64,000 nucleotides of DNA from contig DASXVN010000005.1 of NCBI GenBank assembly GCA_036504235.1, forward strand, positions 76,497-140,496, read 5' to 3'. Of the stretch, positions 44,861 to 54,322 are shown in pieces. The notes under the pieces are model-generated. The model saw nothing but the letters and a program-made list of their open reading frames with translations, ran no database searches and was not told the origin of the DNA. A program made the position numbers and the translations under genes. The DNA comes from Armatimonadota bacterium (GTDB taxonomy: Bacteria; Armatimonadota; Zipacnadia; Zipacnadales; Zipacnadaceae). Positions within the stretch are counted from its first letter, which is position 1; each line of letters starts with the position of its first letter.

Positions 44861-46753
44861 ATGCCCGCCAAGCAGCGCAGCCTCATCTGGAGCCTCAGCG
44901 ACGACCCGGCGTACGCCGGGTACAACGACAACTTCCGCGCGCAGGCCGAGTTGGCCGCGGCGGCGGGCGCTACTCATATCAACATCACCCGCATCCCGCC
45001 CAGCCGCTGGCAGATGGTGGACCCGCGCGATCCGCACCCGGAGTGGACCTCCTGGCCGATTTGGTCCATGGCCCTCAGCGGCATGTTCAAGCTGGCCGTG
45101 CCGGAGGCGCTGGCGGAGTGGCTGCCCCGTGCGGAGGCCGAGCGCAATCTGGACCTGCTGGCCGAGCGCTGTGACATTCTGCGCTCCCTGGGCCTGCGGG
45201 CCGCCTACGCGGGCAATGACCCCATGTGGCTGCCGGAGGGCGTCTTCCGGGCGCATCCCGAGTGGCGCGGGGCGCAGGGCGAGTTGCTCTGCATTGCCCG
45301 GCTCTCGTACTTCAGCCCCTGCGTGGATCACCCCGAGGTCCTGGAGATGTACCGCTGGGCCATGGAGCAGCTCTGCCGCCGCGTGCCGGAGCTGGACTAC
45401 TGGGCCTCCTTCACCAACGACTCCGCCGGCGGGCTGTGTTGGTCGGGATCGTATCCCGGCGACAACGGTCCGGCCTGGTGTCACGAGCGCAGCCACACCG
45501 AGCGGGTAGTTGGCTTTCTCTCCGCCCTGCAGCAGGGGGCGCGCGATGCGGGGTGCGAGGTCGAGGCCGACCTGCGCGTATGCAGCGTCCCGCCCGCCTT
45601 CGACTACCACCAGCTCCGGCCGGGCCAGCTCTACAACGGTCGGAACCAGGAGGGGCGGCCGGTCGGCTCGGGTGTGGGCAGCAACTCGTACTGGGGCAAC
45701 CACATGTACCCGGTGCTGGGGCTGCCCAGGATGTTCTCCTTTGCCGAGGAGCTGGAGGGCGCCCTCGCGGCCGACACGGTTACGGTCTCGATCGGGTTTG
45801 GCCCGCTCGTGGAGGACGCCCTGATCCCGCTGTATCGCGAGCTGGTCGCCGCCCCTACCCGCGGCCCGGCGGCGCGCACCGCGGCGCTGCGGCGCGTGGC
45901 GGCCACCCTGGTCGCCGAGGAGCACGCCGAGCAGTTGGTGGAGGTCTGGACGCTGATTGAGCGCTCGGTCGAGTGCGCCCGGCACGTCCGCGGCTACGGC
46001 TACGCCAGTATCGCTCTGGTCGGCGCGGGCATGATGCGCTGGCTGACCATGCCGCTGGTGCCGGATCCCTCCCGCCTTACACCGGAGGAGAAGGCCTTCT
46101 ATCAGCGCCACCGGGTCGTCACCAACGAGATCGAGGCGGACAGCTACCACGCGATCCTGGGGCGGCCGGGAGTGATCGGCTCCTCCGCGGTGTGGATGGC
46201 TCAAAACTCGTTCAACGAGGCCATCGCGTACGCGCGCCGCGCCGCCTCGGGGATGCGCGGTTTGGTCGCTTCCGCCGGGGACGAGGGCGCCGCCGCGCTG
46301 CTGCGGGCCTGGGGCGACCGGGCGCAGACCCTGGCCTGCGTCTACACCACCTGCCGCAATTTCATCCAGTACGAGGAGGCGCTGGCTCAGCGCTCGCCCG
46401 AGGAGGTCGAGGTGATCTGGCGCGACCAGACGGGGACCTATGGCCTCAGCCGCGCCGGGGTTGAACTGCGGGCCATCGCTCGCTCGGAGTTGGATAACGC
46501 CTACGAACTGGCGGCGCTGCTGGAGCAGGCGACGGCCCCGATCTTGCCGCTGGCCGCGACCCCGGAAGGGGAGGACTCCTTCGTCTTCAGCCCCGACCTG
46601 ACCGCGCAACTCCGCCGCAAGGCCGAGCTGATGCTGGATCACTGGGCGGAGTACAACGAGGACTACCCCGCGCAGCCGCAAGTGCAGGCGCGCCAGGTCA
46701 CCGAGCAGGGCGACGTCCGCCCCGGCCTGGCGGACAACTGGAGCGACTTCTAG
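44861..46753 (+). CDS. Hypothetical cytoplasmic protein (630 aa).
   Basis: ATG 44861 follows 'AGGGAG'. Clean long ORF with no signal peptide. I recognised no family. Confidence 0.45.
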   Translation: MPAKQRSLIWSLSDDPAYAGYNDNFRAQAELAAAAGATHINITRIPPSRWQMVDPRDPHPEWTSWPIWSMALSGMFKLAVPEALAEWLPRAEAERNLDLLAERCDILRSLGLRAAYAGNDPMWLPEGVFRAHPEWRGAQGELLCIARLSYFSPCVDHPEVLEMYRWAMEQLCRRVPELDYWASFTNDSAGGLCWSGSYPGDNGPAWCHERSHTERVVGFLSALQQGARDAGCEVEADLRVCSVPPAFDYHQLRPGQLYNGRNQEGRPVGSGVGSNSYWGNHMYPVLGLPRMFSFAEELEGALAADTVTVSIGFGPLVEDALIPLYRELVAAPTRGPAARTAALRRVAATLVAEEHAEQLVEVWTLIERSVECARHVRGYGYASIALVGAGMMRWLTMPLVPDPSRLTPEEKAFYQRHRVVTNEIEADSYHAILGRPGVIGSSAVWMAQNSFNEAIAYARRAASGMRGLVASAGDEGAAALLRAWGDRAQTLACVYTTCRNFIQYEEALAQRSPEEVEVIWRDQTGTYGLSRAGVELRAIARSELDNAYELAALLEQATAPILPLAATPEGEDSFVFSPDLTAQLRRKAELMLDHWAEYNEDYPAQPQVQARQVTEQGDVRPGLADNWSDF

Positions 46754-46876
46754 CGGCGAGACCGTCTTTCTCTCCGGGAGGAGGAATCCTCGGCGGGGGC
46801 GTTGAAATAACTTAGTCTTCGTCGCCTGCCTGTAGCCGGGGCGGCGACCATCTCGCCGCCAGGAGTAACGCCGTCT

Positions 46877-47416
46877 ATGACCAGACAACAGGTTTTTCGC
46901 CGTCAGATCTACATCGTGCTCGCCATCATCGTGCTCATTGGCGGGGTAGTCGCGGTTCGCCAGTACCTCAATACCTTCGGCTATGTCGTCCAGTTGGGTC
47001 CGGTGTCGCGCGCTCTCTTGGTCAATGCCAACGGCAAGCTCGAGGAGTGGACCGATGAGCCGACGCTGAACGCGATCCGGGCGGCGCTTCCCATGCACCG
47101 CGCCGGGGCGGGATTCATGCTGCCCGGAGACGAGCACGAGAGCTACGGCCTCGTCCTGATCGACGCGCAGGGCCAGCCGCACATGCTGGTTCTGCCGGTG
47201 GGGTTCAGCGTCATGGTCGGGCTCAAGCCCAAAGAAGGCAGCGAGAACGCCTGGGCCATGCCCGAGTTGCTGGGTCTGCTGGGTAACCTCGAGATAGAGA
47301 AAGTCAAGGCGAAGCAGTTGGGCGATCCCGCCAGTGCGGCCCAGTTGGAGTACTGGTACAACACCTTTGGCGACGGCAAGCGCCTGCCGAAGCCTCCCAC
47401 GGAGGGTGCAAAGTAG
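46877..47416 (+). CDS. Small hypothetical protein with an N-terminal TM anchor (179 aa). Its stop directly abuts the FGGY kinase start.
   Basis: RBS 'AGGAG'. TM helix 'IYIVLAIIVLIGGVVAV'. Stop TAG 47414-47416 is immediately followed by ATG 47417. Confidence 0.4.
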   Translation: MTRQQVFRRQIYIVLAIIVLIGGVVAVRQYLNTFGYVVQLGPVSRALLVNANGKLEEWTDEPTLNAIRAALPMHRAGAGFMLPGDEHESYGLVLIDAQGQPHMLVLPVGFSVMVGLKPKEGSENAWAMPELLGLLGNLEIEKVKAKQLGDPASAAQLEYWYNTFGDGKRLPKPPTEGAK

Positions 47417-48964
47417 ATGGCCTCAGCTCCCGGTCCCTATGTATTGGGCATTGACTGTGGCACCCAGTCGGTCCGCGCCGCGATCTTCAACGTGAGCGGT
47501 CAGTTGCTGGGCGTAGCCACGCGGCCCTCGAATATCTTCTACCCCCGGGTAAGCTGGGCGGAGCAGAACGCCGACGACTGGTGGGAGGCGCTCAAGACGG
47601 TCGTGCCCGCCGCTCTGGCGCAGGCCGGTCTGGTGGGCACCGATATCAGCGCGCTGAGCGTGGACGGCACCTCCTGCACCGTCGTCTGCTGCCAGGCGGA
47701 CGGGACGCCGCTGCGCCCCGCCATCCTCTGGATGGACCAGCGCGCCTTCGCCGAGGCCCGCAAGGTGACCCTCACCCAGAGCCCCGTTTTGCAGTACGTT
47801 TCCTGGCAGGAGTCGCCCGAGTGGATGATTCCCAAGGCTCTCTGGCTCCGCGCCAACGAGCCGCATGTCTACGACAGCGCCGATTTCATCGTTGAGGGTC
47901 GCGACTGGCTCATGCACCAACTCACCGGTGAGTGGACCGCCTCGCTGTGCAACGCCACCGCCAAGTGGAACTACGCCCGCCCCGCCGGCGGCTATCCCCG
48001 GGAGCTGCTCGAGGCCCTGGGTGCCGAGGAACTGCTCGGCAAATGGCCGACGGAGGTCCTGCCCATGGGCGCTCCCGCGGGCCGGGTCGCCGCCGCGGCC
48101 GCGGCGGAGCTGGGGCTGCCGACCGGCATCCCGGTGGCCCAGGGCGGCATTGACGCCTACGCGGCCATGCTGGGCTCCAACGTCGTGGTCCCGGGTCGTA
48201 TGGCCATGGTCATGGGGAGCAGCACCTGCCACATGGCCTTCTCCGACCAGCCGATTTTCAACTCGCACGTCTGGGGTCCCTATCCCGACGCGCTGACCGA
48301 GGGGAGCTGGGTCCTGGAGGGCGGCCAGACCGCCACCGGCTCCATTCTCACCTGGCTCGCCGACAACTTCGCCTGCCCGGATATCATCGAGAAGGAAGCC
48401 AGCGGTCTGTCCCGTTACGCTCGTCTGGACGAGCAGGCCGCGAAGATTCCGCCCGGCGCCGAGGGCCTGGTGCTGCTCGACTACTGGCAGGGCAACCGCA
48501 CTCCCCTGCGCGATCCGCTGGCCCGCGGCGCGGTCTGGGGCCTGTCGCTCAAGCACACCATGCCGCATCTGTGGCGCGCGGTGCTGGAGGGCACGGCCAT
48601 GGGCAGCCGCCACATCATCGAGGACCTGGCCGAGGCCGGCTTCACCGTGGAGGGCATCTACGCCTGCGGCGGCGGCTCCGTTTCCGAGCTGTGGCTGCAG
48701 ATTCACGCCGATGTCACCGGCATCCCCCTGTACCTGCCGGCCAAGCGCGAGATGGCCAGCGTGCTGGGCACCGCCGTCTGCGCCGCGGTCGGCGCGGGCC
48801 TCTTCCCGGACCTGAACGCCGCCACCCAGGCCATGGTGACCATCGAGCGCCAGATAGACCCCGATCCGGCGCGCCATTCCTTCTACCGTGACCTCTACCA
48901 CCACTACATCGCGACCTACCCGGCCCTCCGCGATCTCATGCACGAGGTCGCGCGGGAGGACTAA
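47417..48964 (+). CDS. FGGY-family carbohydrate kinase (ribulokinase/xylulokinase-like).
   Basis: 'YVLGIDCGTQSVRAAIF', 'PKALWL', 'GGIDAYAAMLGS' and 'YACGGGSVSELWLQIHADVTGIPL' are typical FGGY N- and C-domain motifs. Confidence 0.7.
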   Translation: MASAPGPYVLGIDCGTQSVRAAIFNVSGQLLGVATRPSNIFYPRVSWAEQNADDWWEALKTVVPAALAQAGLVGTDISALSVDGTSCTVVCCQADGTPLRPAILWMDQRAFAEARKVTLTQSPVLQYVSWQESPEWMIPKALWLRANEPHVYDSADFIVEGRDWLMHQLTGEWTASLCNATAKWNYARPAGGYPRELLEALGAEELLGKWPTEVLPMGAPAGRVAAAAAAELGLPTGIPVAQGGIDAYAAMLGSNVVVPGRMAMVMGSSTCHMAFSDQPIFNSHVWGPYPDALTEGSWVLEGGQTATGSILTWLADNFACPDIIEKEASGLSRYARLDEQAAKIPPGAEGLVLLDYWQGNRTPLRDPLARGAVWGLSLKHTMPHLWRAVLEGTAMGSRHIIEDLAEAGFTVEGIYACGGGSVSELWLQIHADVTGIPLYLPAKREMASVLGTAVCAAVGAGLFPDLNAATQAMVTIERQIDPDPARHSFYRDLYHHYIATYPALRDLMHEVARED

Positions 48965-48987
48965 CCCACCGTAGCGAACCACCTTGC

Positions 48988-49020
48988 GGGGCGGGACTTC
49001 GGTTCCGCCCCCGTTTGTTT
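48988..49020 (+). terminator. Rho-independent terminator with a C(UUCG)G tetraloop.
   Basis: 10-bp stem 'GGGGCGGGAC'/'GTTCCGCCCC' (one G-U pair), loop TTCG, then 'CGTTTGTTT'. It begins 24 nt after the FGGY stop. Confidence 0.6.
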
Positions 49021-49032
49021 GGAGGAACAGCC

Positions 49033-51063
49033 ATGCCCGGCCTCCACAACCACTGCCTCGCGCTAGAACTTGACGACCTCGGCAACCTCGCCTCTTTGCG
49101 CAACCTCACCACCGGCCGCGAGTACCTGAGCCAGCCGGGGCTGGACCTGTGGCAGATGATCTACCCCTCGGAGGACGATCCCGAGACCCCCCTACGCAGT
49201 TCCCAGCAGGCCCGGCCCGAGATCGTCGCGGAGGGCGACACCTTGACGGTCACCTATCCGGCGTTGGTGGACTTCCGGGGGCGGCCCGTCGCGGTCCGCT
49301 TCCGCTATACGGTCCGCCTGGCGGGCGAGGAGTTGCTGTTCCGCGCCGAGATCACCAACGAGGCGGCGCCGGAGATTCGCGAGCTGTGGTTCCCCCTGAT
49401 CGGCGGCCTGGACGGCCTGGGCGAGCGGGAGGAGGCCAGCTTCCTGCTCTATCCCGAGTCCGCTGGGCGGCGGATTCTGGACCCCCGGCGCAACCTGGCG
49501 GACCGCGACGCCCAGCCGGTGCGCGGAGTGCGCTTCAACTACCTGCGCGATTTCTACCCGGGCCGCGCCTCCATGCAGTGGCTGGGCCTGTACGGCGACC
49601 AGGGCAGCCTCTACGTCGGCTCCCACGACTCCAGCCTGCAGACCACCGCCACCAACGCCCTGCTCCATATCGGCGCGACTCCGGCCGAGGACTCGCTCTC
49701 GCTGGGGTTCATCAAGTACCCCTTCGTCGGCGCCGGGCAGACCTGGTTCGGCGAGCCCTTCCTGGTCGCCGTGCACAGCGATTCCTGGCGGCGCGACGCC
49801 CGGCGCTACCGGGCTTTTTGCGATACCTACCAGGACCACGGCCGCCGCAAGCCCCAGTGGGTGCAGGCTCTGCCCGGGATGCAGGACGTGGTCATGCTGC
49901 ACCAGCACGGCCGGGTGAACTACCGTTACGACCAGATTCCCGAGATCGCCGCCGCGGCTGCTGCCGGGGGCCTCGACGTGGTCAAGCTCACCGGCTGGTC
50001 GCACGGCGGCCACGATAACATGTACCCGGATTTCCTGCCCAGTGACCGCCTCGGTGGCGAGTCGGCGCTGGTGGATAACTTCCGCCAGGTGCAGGCGGCC
50101 GGCTACCGCCTGGTGCTGTACTTCCACTTCATCCAGATGTCGCCCAACTCCGAGTTCTACCAGCAGCACGGTGAGTTCTGCACCATGAAGGGCCCCTACG
50201 GCAACCCCTTCGTGGACATCTTCACCTGGCCCAGCCATGGCTCGCTGATCGCCATGAACGAGCGCTTCCCGCTGTACAACGCCTGCGTGGGAACCGCCCC
50301 CTGGCAGGAGCAGGTGCTGGCCTGCGTGCGCCGGGGTCTGGACTGGGGCGTGGATTGCGTGTTCCTCGACCAGGTTGCCGGCGGGCCCAGTTCCTTCCTT
50401 TGTTTCGACGAGCGCCACGGGCATCCCAGCCCCGCGTTCGCCTGCGGACCGGGCAAGACCGAGCTATCGCGCCGGGCCCGGGAGATGGTCAAGGCGGAGG
50501 GCGAGGAGATCGCCCTGGGCGCGGAGTACGTTGCCGACGTGCTCCTGCAGTACTACGACTTCACGCTGCCCTTCGGCCTGGGGTTCCTGTACGGGGGCCA
50601 GCATTTCGGGGAGATGTACCGCTACACCTTCCCCGAGGACATCCTGTGCAGCCAGTACCTCGCGCGCGAGAACTACGAGCAGCTCCACTACAGCTTCGTG
50701 ATGGGCTACCGGTTCTTCCTGGCCGCTCGGCAGCAGTGCGAGCTGCTCACGGACCTGGACCCCGCGTTCGTCGCGCGGCTGGCGGAGCTGAACGCCCTGC
50801 GCCGCCGCCATGCCGGCGTGCTCCTGGGCGGTCGCTTCCGGGAGACCGAGCCGCTAGTGGTGGACAATCCGGCGCTAGTAGCTCGCGCCTACGAGACCAG
50901 TCACGAGGCCGCCGTGGCGGTGTGGAATCCGACCGACCAGCCCCAGGAGCTAGCGGTCGCGTGGCCCGGGAAGCGCCTGACGCAGGCGGAGGCCGCCGCG
51001 GGAGCGCTCCCGGCCGGAGCGCCTCTGGCCCCGCAGGACGTAGCCGTACTGACCTTTGCCTGA
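49033..51063 (+). CDS. Hypothetical cytoplasmic protein (676 aa), possibly a glycan-active enzyme.
   Basis: ATG 49033 lies 6 nt after 'GGAGGA' and after its own terminator. No signal peptide. I recognised no family. Confidence 0.45.
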   Translation: MPGLHNHCLALELDDLGNLASLRNLTTGREYLSQPGLDLWQMIYPSEDDPETPLRSSQQARPEIVAEGDTLTVTYPALVDFRGRPVAVRFRYTVRLAGEELLFRAEITNEAAPEIRELWFPLIGGLDGLGEREEASFLLYPESAGRRILDPRRNLADRDAQPVRGVRFNYLRDFYPGRASMQWLGLYGDQGSLYVGSHDSSLQTTATNALLHIGATPAEDSLSLGFIKYPFVGAGQTWFGEPFLVAVHSDSWRRDARRYRAFCDTYQDHGRRKPQWVQALPGMQDVVMLHQHGRVNYRYDQIPEIAAAAAAGGLDVVKLTGWSHGGHDNMYPDFLPSDRLGGESALVDNFRQVQAAGYRLVLYFHFIQMSPNSEFYQQHGEFCTMKGPYGNPFVDIFTWPSHGSLIAMNERFPLYNACVGTAPWQEQVLACVRRGLDWGVDCVFLDQVAGGPSSFLCFDERHGHPSPAFACGPGKTELSRRAREMVKAEGEEIALGAEYVADVLLQYYDFTLPFGLGFLYGGQHFGEMYRYTFPEDILCSQYLARENYEQLHYSFVMGYRFFLAARQQCELLTDLDPAFVARLAELNALRRRHAGVLLGGRFRETEPLVVDNPALVARAYETSHEAAVAVWNPTDQPQELAVAWPGKRLTQAEAAAGALPAGAPLAPQDVAVLTFA

Positions 51064-51070
51064 GGCGGCG

Positions 51071-52030
51071 CTAGGGCACCAGCACCAGCTTGCCGTAGGC
51101 GCTCTCTTCCATGATCGTGTGGTGCGCCCGGGGGGCCTCCGCCAGGGGAATCTCCTCCCCGACCACCGGGCGCAGCGTGCCGTTGCTCAGGCCGGCAAAG
51201 GTCGCCGCGTGGATCGCCTCCAGCTCCTTGCCCTTCGCGGCGGTCAGGTACACCCCAGTCACCCAGATCTCCTTGAACAGGTCGCGCGGGCTGAGTTCCT
51301 GCACCGGCCCGCGCGCGCCGATGACCACCAGGCGCCCGCTGGCGGCCAGAGCGGGCAGGTCGCGCGCCAGGTTTTCCTCGGCCCGCATCTCCAGAATCAC
51401 GTCAATTCCCCGGCCCTCCGTGGCCTCCGCGGCCTGCTGGAGGTGCGCGGGATCGGTGTGGTCCCACACGACGGGGACGCCCTGGTCGGCCAGCAGTTGC
51501 CGCCCGCGCTGACTCCCCGCGGTGCCGATCACGCGCATCCCCGCGGCCCGGGCGAACTGCACGGCGGCCATTCCCACGCCGCCGCTGGCCCCGTGCACCA
51601 GGACCGTCTCGCCGGGCACCGCCATGCCCCGCTGGAACAGGGCCCGGTAGGCGGTGCCGTAGGGAATCCACAGGGTCGCGCCCTGGCTGAAGCTGACGTT
51701 ATCCGGCAGCGGCCGGACCTGGGCCTCGGTGCAGAGCGTCTGCTCGGCGTAGGAGCCGGTCAGCGTCCCCGCGGCGTAGACCCGGTCGCCCTCGTGGACG
51801 CGCGTGACCTCCGCTCCCACCGCCGCCACCACGCCGGCCGCGTCGTTCCCCGGCGTAAAGGGCCGCGGGATCTCCCCATACCGCCCCGAGCGGATATAGG
51901 CCTCCACCGGATTGACCCCCGCCGCCTTGACCGCCACCAGCACCTGCCCGGCGTCCGGCGTCAGGTCGGGGACTTCCTCCAGCTTCATGACGTCCGGCTC
52001 GCCGAATTCATGCACCCGAATGGCCTTCAT
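51071..52030 (-). CDS. NADPH:quinone oxidoreductase / zinc-type MDR family (Qor-like).
   Basis: 'MKAIRVHEFGEPDVMKLEEVPDLTPDAGQVLVAVKAAGVNPVE', 'LVHGASGGVGMAAVQFA' and the C-terminal 'GKLVLVP'. ATG at 52030 with 'AGGAGACG' upstream. Confidence 0.7.
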   Translation of the reverse strand: MKAIRVHEFGEPDVMKLEEVPDLTPDAGQVLVAVKAAGVNPVEAYIRSGRYGEIPRPFTPGNDAAGVVAAVGAEVTRVHEGDRVYAAGTLTGSYAEQTLCTEAQVRPLPDNVSFSQGATLWIPYGTAYRALFQRGMAVPGETVLVHGASGGVGMAAVQFARAAGMRVIGTAGSQRGRQLLADQGVPVVWDHTDPAHLQQAAEATEGRGIDVILEMRAEENLARDLPALAASGRLVVIGARGPVQELSPRDLFKEIWVTGVYLTAAKGKELEAIHAATFAGLSNGTLRPVVGEEIPLAEAPRAHHTIMEESAYGKLVLVP

Positions 52031-52290
52031 GCGCGATCGTCTCCTCTGGCTGCGACTAGTAGTGACCAGCAAGAGCAGACGAGGCCGGGGAGCGGAGGGT
52101 TTGGTGGAGGGTGAGAGGGGTCGTCTCCACGTAGGGGCGCGTTATGCGGAGCGAAGCGGAGCAACACACGCCCGCGCCAGGGCGGCAGGGGGAGGCAGGA
52201 GGCCAGTGTAACCTCATCCGCCTTCGCTGAAGCTACGGCGGACAGGCCCCCCGGCCCCCTCTCCCGCGGCAGGGAGGGCGCGAGGGCCGG

Positions 52291-53268
52291 CTAGCGCGAC
52301 TCGAGACCAGGCAGCCGCGCCTTGAGGAAGGCGGCGAGGTCCCCTCGGTAGGCGAGGGCGACCCGCGCCAGCAGGTAGCGCTTGAGGAGCCGTCCCCGCA
52401 GGAGCGCCCCCGGCGAACGTCCCCACGGCTCGCGGATCGTCCACAGATAGTGGTCAAAGACCATCCGCTGCAGGTCGCCCTCCCAGCGGCGGGCATAGCT
52501 CGCCGGAAAGCGGTCGCGGAACTCCGCCGAGCGCATTAGCTCCCCCAGCTTCTCGATGATGCCCAGCATCTTGGTCAGTTCCCGCCCCTCCCCGGCGGCG
52601 TAGCTGTGCGGCGTCAGGCGCCAGGTGGCGCCGGGCTCCGGCAGGTAGCAGGCGCCGTAGCGCAGCGCCAGGGCCCGCAGGGCGAAGGTGTCGCACAAGT
52701 GCCCCAGTTCTCGCCGGAAGCCGCCCTCCTCCAGGAACAGATCGCGCCGGTAGATAGTGGCGTGAGTGAGAGAGTGCCAGGTCGGCTCGGCCTGCAGGTA
52801 GTCGCGCAGGAATACCTCCGGCGAGGCGTACAGCGGCTCGGTCCAGCGGCGGACGCCCCGGATCTCCACGCTGTCCGGCGCGCCCGGCTGATGGCCCCGC
52901 AGGGCGATCTGGCCGAAAACGATGGCCGCCTCGGGGTGCCGCTCGGCCAGGGCCAGGGCGTGCTCGAGAAAGCCGGGCAGCACGTAGTCGTCGGCCGCCC
53001 CGAAGTAGACGTAATCGCCGGTAGCGGCGCGCAGGAGGCGGTCCAGCGAGGCCACCACTCCCAGATTGCGCTCGTTTTGCGCCACCCGCAGGTAAGGGCA
53101 CCGCTGGGCGTAGGACTCCATGATCTCCACGCTGGTGTCGGTGGAGGCGTCGTCCAGGAGCAGAAACTCCTCGGGCGGCCGCGACTGGCCCAGCACGGCC
53201 TCAATCGCCTCGGGGAGGTACTGGCTGTGATTGTAGTTGGGGATGCAGGCGGTCAGGGACAGGGTCAT
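52291..53268 (-). CDS. Family 2 glycosyltransferase.
   Basis: 'LTACIPNYNHSQYLPEAIEAVLGQS' and 'EFLLLDDASTDTS' (the DxD-region signature of GT2). ATG 53268 follows 'GGAAGGAAGAG'. Confidence 0.65.
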   Translation of the reverse strand: MTLSLTACIPNYNHSQYLPEAIEAVLGQSRPPEEFLLLDDASTDTSVEIMESYAQRCPYLRVAQNERNLGVVASLDRLLRAATGDYVYFGAADDYVLPGFLEHALALAERHPEAAIVFGQIALRGHQPGAPDSVEIRGVRRWTEPLYASPEVFLRDYLQAEPTWHSLTHATIYRRDLFLEEGGFRRELGHLCDTFALRALALRYGACYLPEPGATWRLTPHSYAAGEGRELTKMLGIIEKLGELMRSAEFRDRFPASYARRWEGDLQRMVFDHYLWTIREPWGRSPGALLRGRLLKRYLLARVALAYRGDLAAFLKARLPGLESR

Positions 53269-53419
53269 AGCTCTCTTCCTTCCATGTGACGGGCCCATAG
53301 GTTCAGCAGGCGCGCCTTGAGGCGGCCCAGCCCGGGGCGGAGCCGGCGCAGCGCGGACCGCGGGCGCCCCCGGCTCCTCGAGTCCTCTCCCCAGACCGGC
53401 GTGACCAAGTGGAACTCCC

Positions 53420-54322
53420 TCACGGCCGCGCCTCCGGGGGCGCGGCGGCGGCCACCTCCGCCAGCACCGCCGCCACGGTGTCCGCGACCGGCGGCGGGGT
53501 CAGGCCCAGTTCCTCGCGCAGGCGCGTGGTGTCCAGCGTCGCGTAGGGGGGGACGCTCTCCAACTCCAGCCCCGAGTCCGCGGCCGGCATCGGCTGCACC
53601 AGGTCCGCGGCGGCCCCCAGCCGCTCGGCCAGGCGGTAGGCCAGCTCCGGATAGGGGAGGTCTTCCTCCCCCGACACCTGGACAATCCCCGCGGCCCGCC
53701 GCTCGCCGACCCGCGCCAGCGCCTCCGCCACCAGGGCCACCGGGACCGGGGGCAGCACCATGTCGCTGAAGGGATGGATGGCCTCGCCGCGGCGCAGCGC
53801 CTGAGCCCACTCGCGCAGCAGGGCCCACTCGGGGCTGAGCACCTTGGTCAGCCGCACCACCGCCGCGGGTCCGGGGCCGCCGAGCAGGCGGCGCTCCAAC
53901 TCCGCCTTCTGGCGGCCATACTCGGTGCGCGGACTGACCGGCTCCTCGGCCCGGCGATAGGGGACCGCGCCGTCATAGACCAAGTTGGAGGAGGTGTACA
54001 CGAGGAAGACGCCCCGGCGGGAGAGGCTCGCGGCCAGCGCCGCCTGCGCCTCTACGTTGACTAGTCGGGTGCCCACGGGGTCCCGGCGGCAGCGGCCCAG
54101 CGCGGTCTCGCCCGCGCAGAGATAGGCCACGGCCACCTCCGGCAGCAGCGGCCAGCCGCGGGGGTCGGCGGCAAGATCGAGGAAAAGCTGCCCCGCGAGA
54201 AGCGTGCCGGGGCGGCGGGTGGTAGTGAATACGGGGGTGCCCGCCGCCCGCAGGTGGGCGGCCAGCGCCCGGCCGATCAGCCCCTCGCCGCCCACCACCA
54301 GGGCCGGCTCCGGCGCGGCCAT
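53420..54322 (-). CDS. NAD(P)-dependent sugar-nucleotide reductase/epimerase (RmlD-like short-chain fold).
   Basis: 'LVVGGEGLIGRALAAHL' (GxxGxxG) and 'VYTSSNLVYDG'. Its ATG overlaps the upstream TGA (TGATG at 54320-54324). Confidence 0.5.
   Translation of the reverse strand: MAAPEPALVVGGEGLIGRALAAHLRAAGTPVFTTTRRPGTLLAGQLFLDLAADPRGWPLLPEVAVAYLCAGETALGRCRRDPVGTRLVNVEAQAALAASLSRRGVFLVYTSSNLVYDGAVPYRRAEEPVSPRTEYGRQKAELERRLLGGPGPAAVVRLTKVLSPEWALLREWAQALRRGEAIHPFSDMVLPPVPVALVAEALARVGERRAAGIVQVSGEEDLPYPELAYRLAERLGAAADLVQPMPAADSGLELESVPPYATLDTTRLREELGLTPPPVADTVAAVLAEVAAAAPPEARP

Noticed and set aside
42713-47182. A 1489-aa ORF on the minus strand spanning the GH35, 44861 and 46877 genes.
   Set aside because: It is antisense to three plus-strand genes that have clear family signatures (GH35 motifs, RBS-ATG starts). 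The translation is Arg/Gly/Ala/Pro-rich, low-complexity sequence typical of stop-free antisense frames in ~70% GC DNA. It also crosses plus-strand intergenic regions without a plausible start context.
52031-52290. A 260-nt GC-rich gap between GT2 and Qor on the minus strand, with several short inverted repeats (GTGGAG...CTCCAC; GCGAAGCGG...CCGCCTTCGC).
   Set aside because: The stems are short or imperfect and lack a U-tract. The gap probably holds the Qor promoter and/or a weak terminator, but nothing is specific enough to call.
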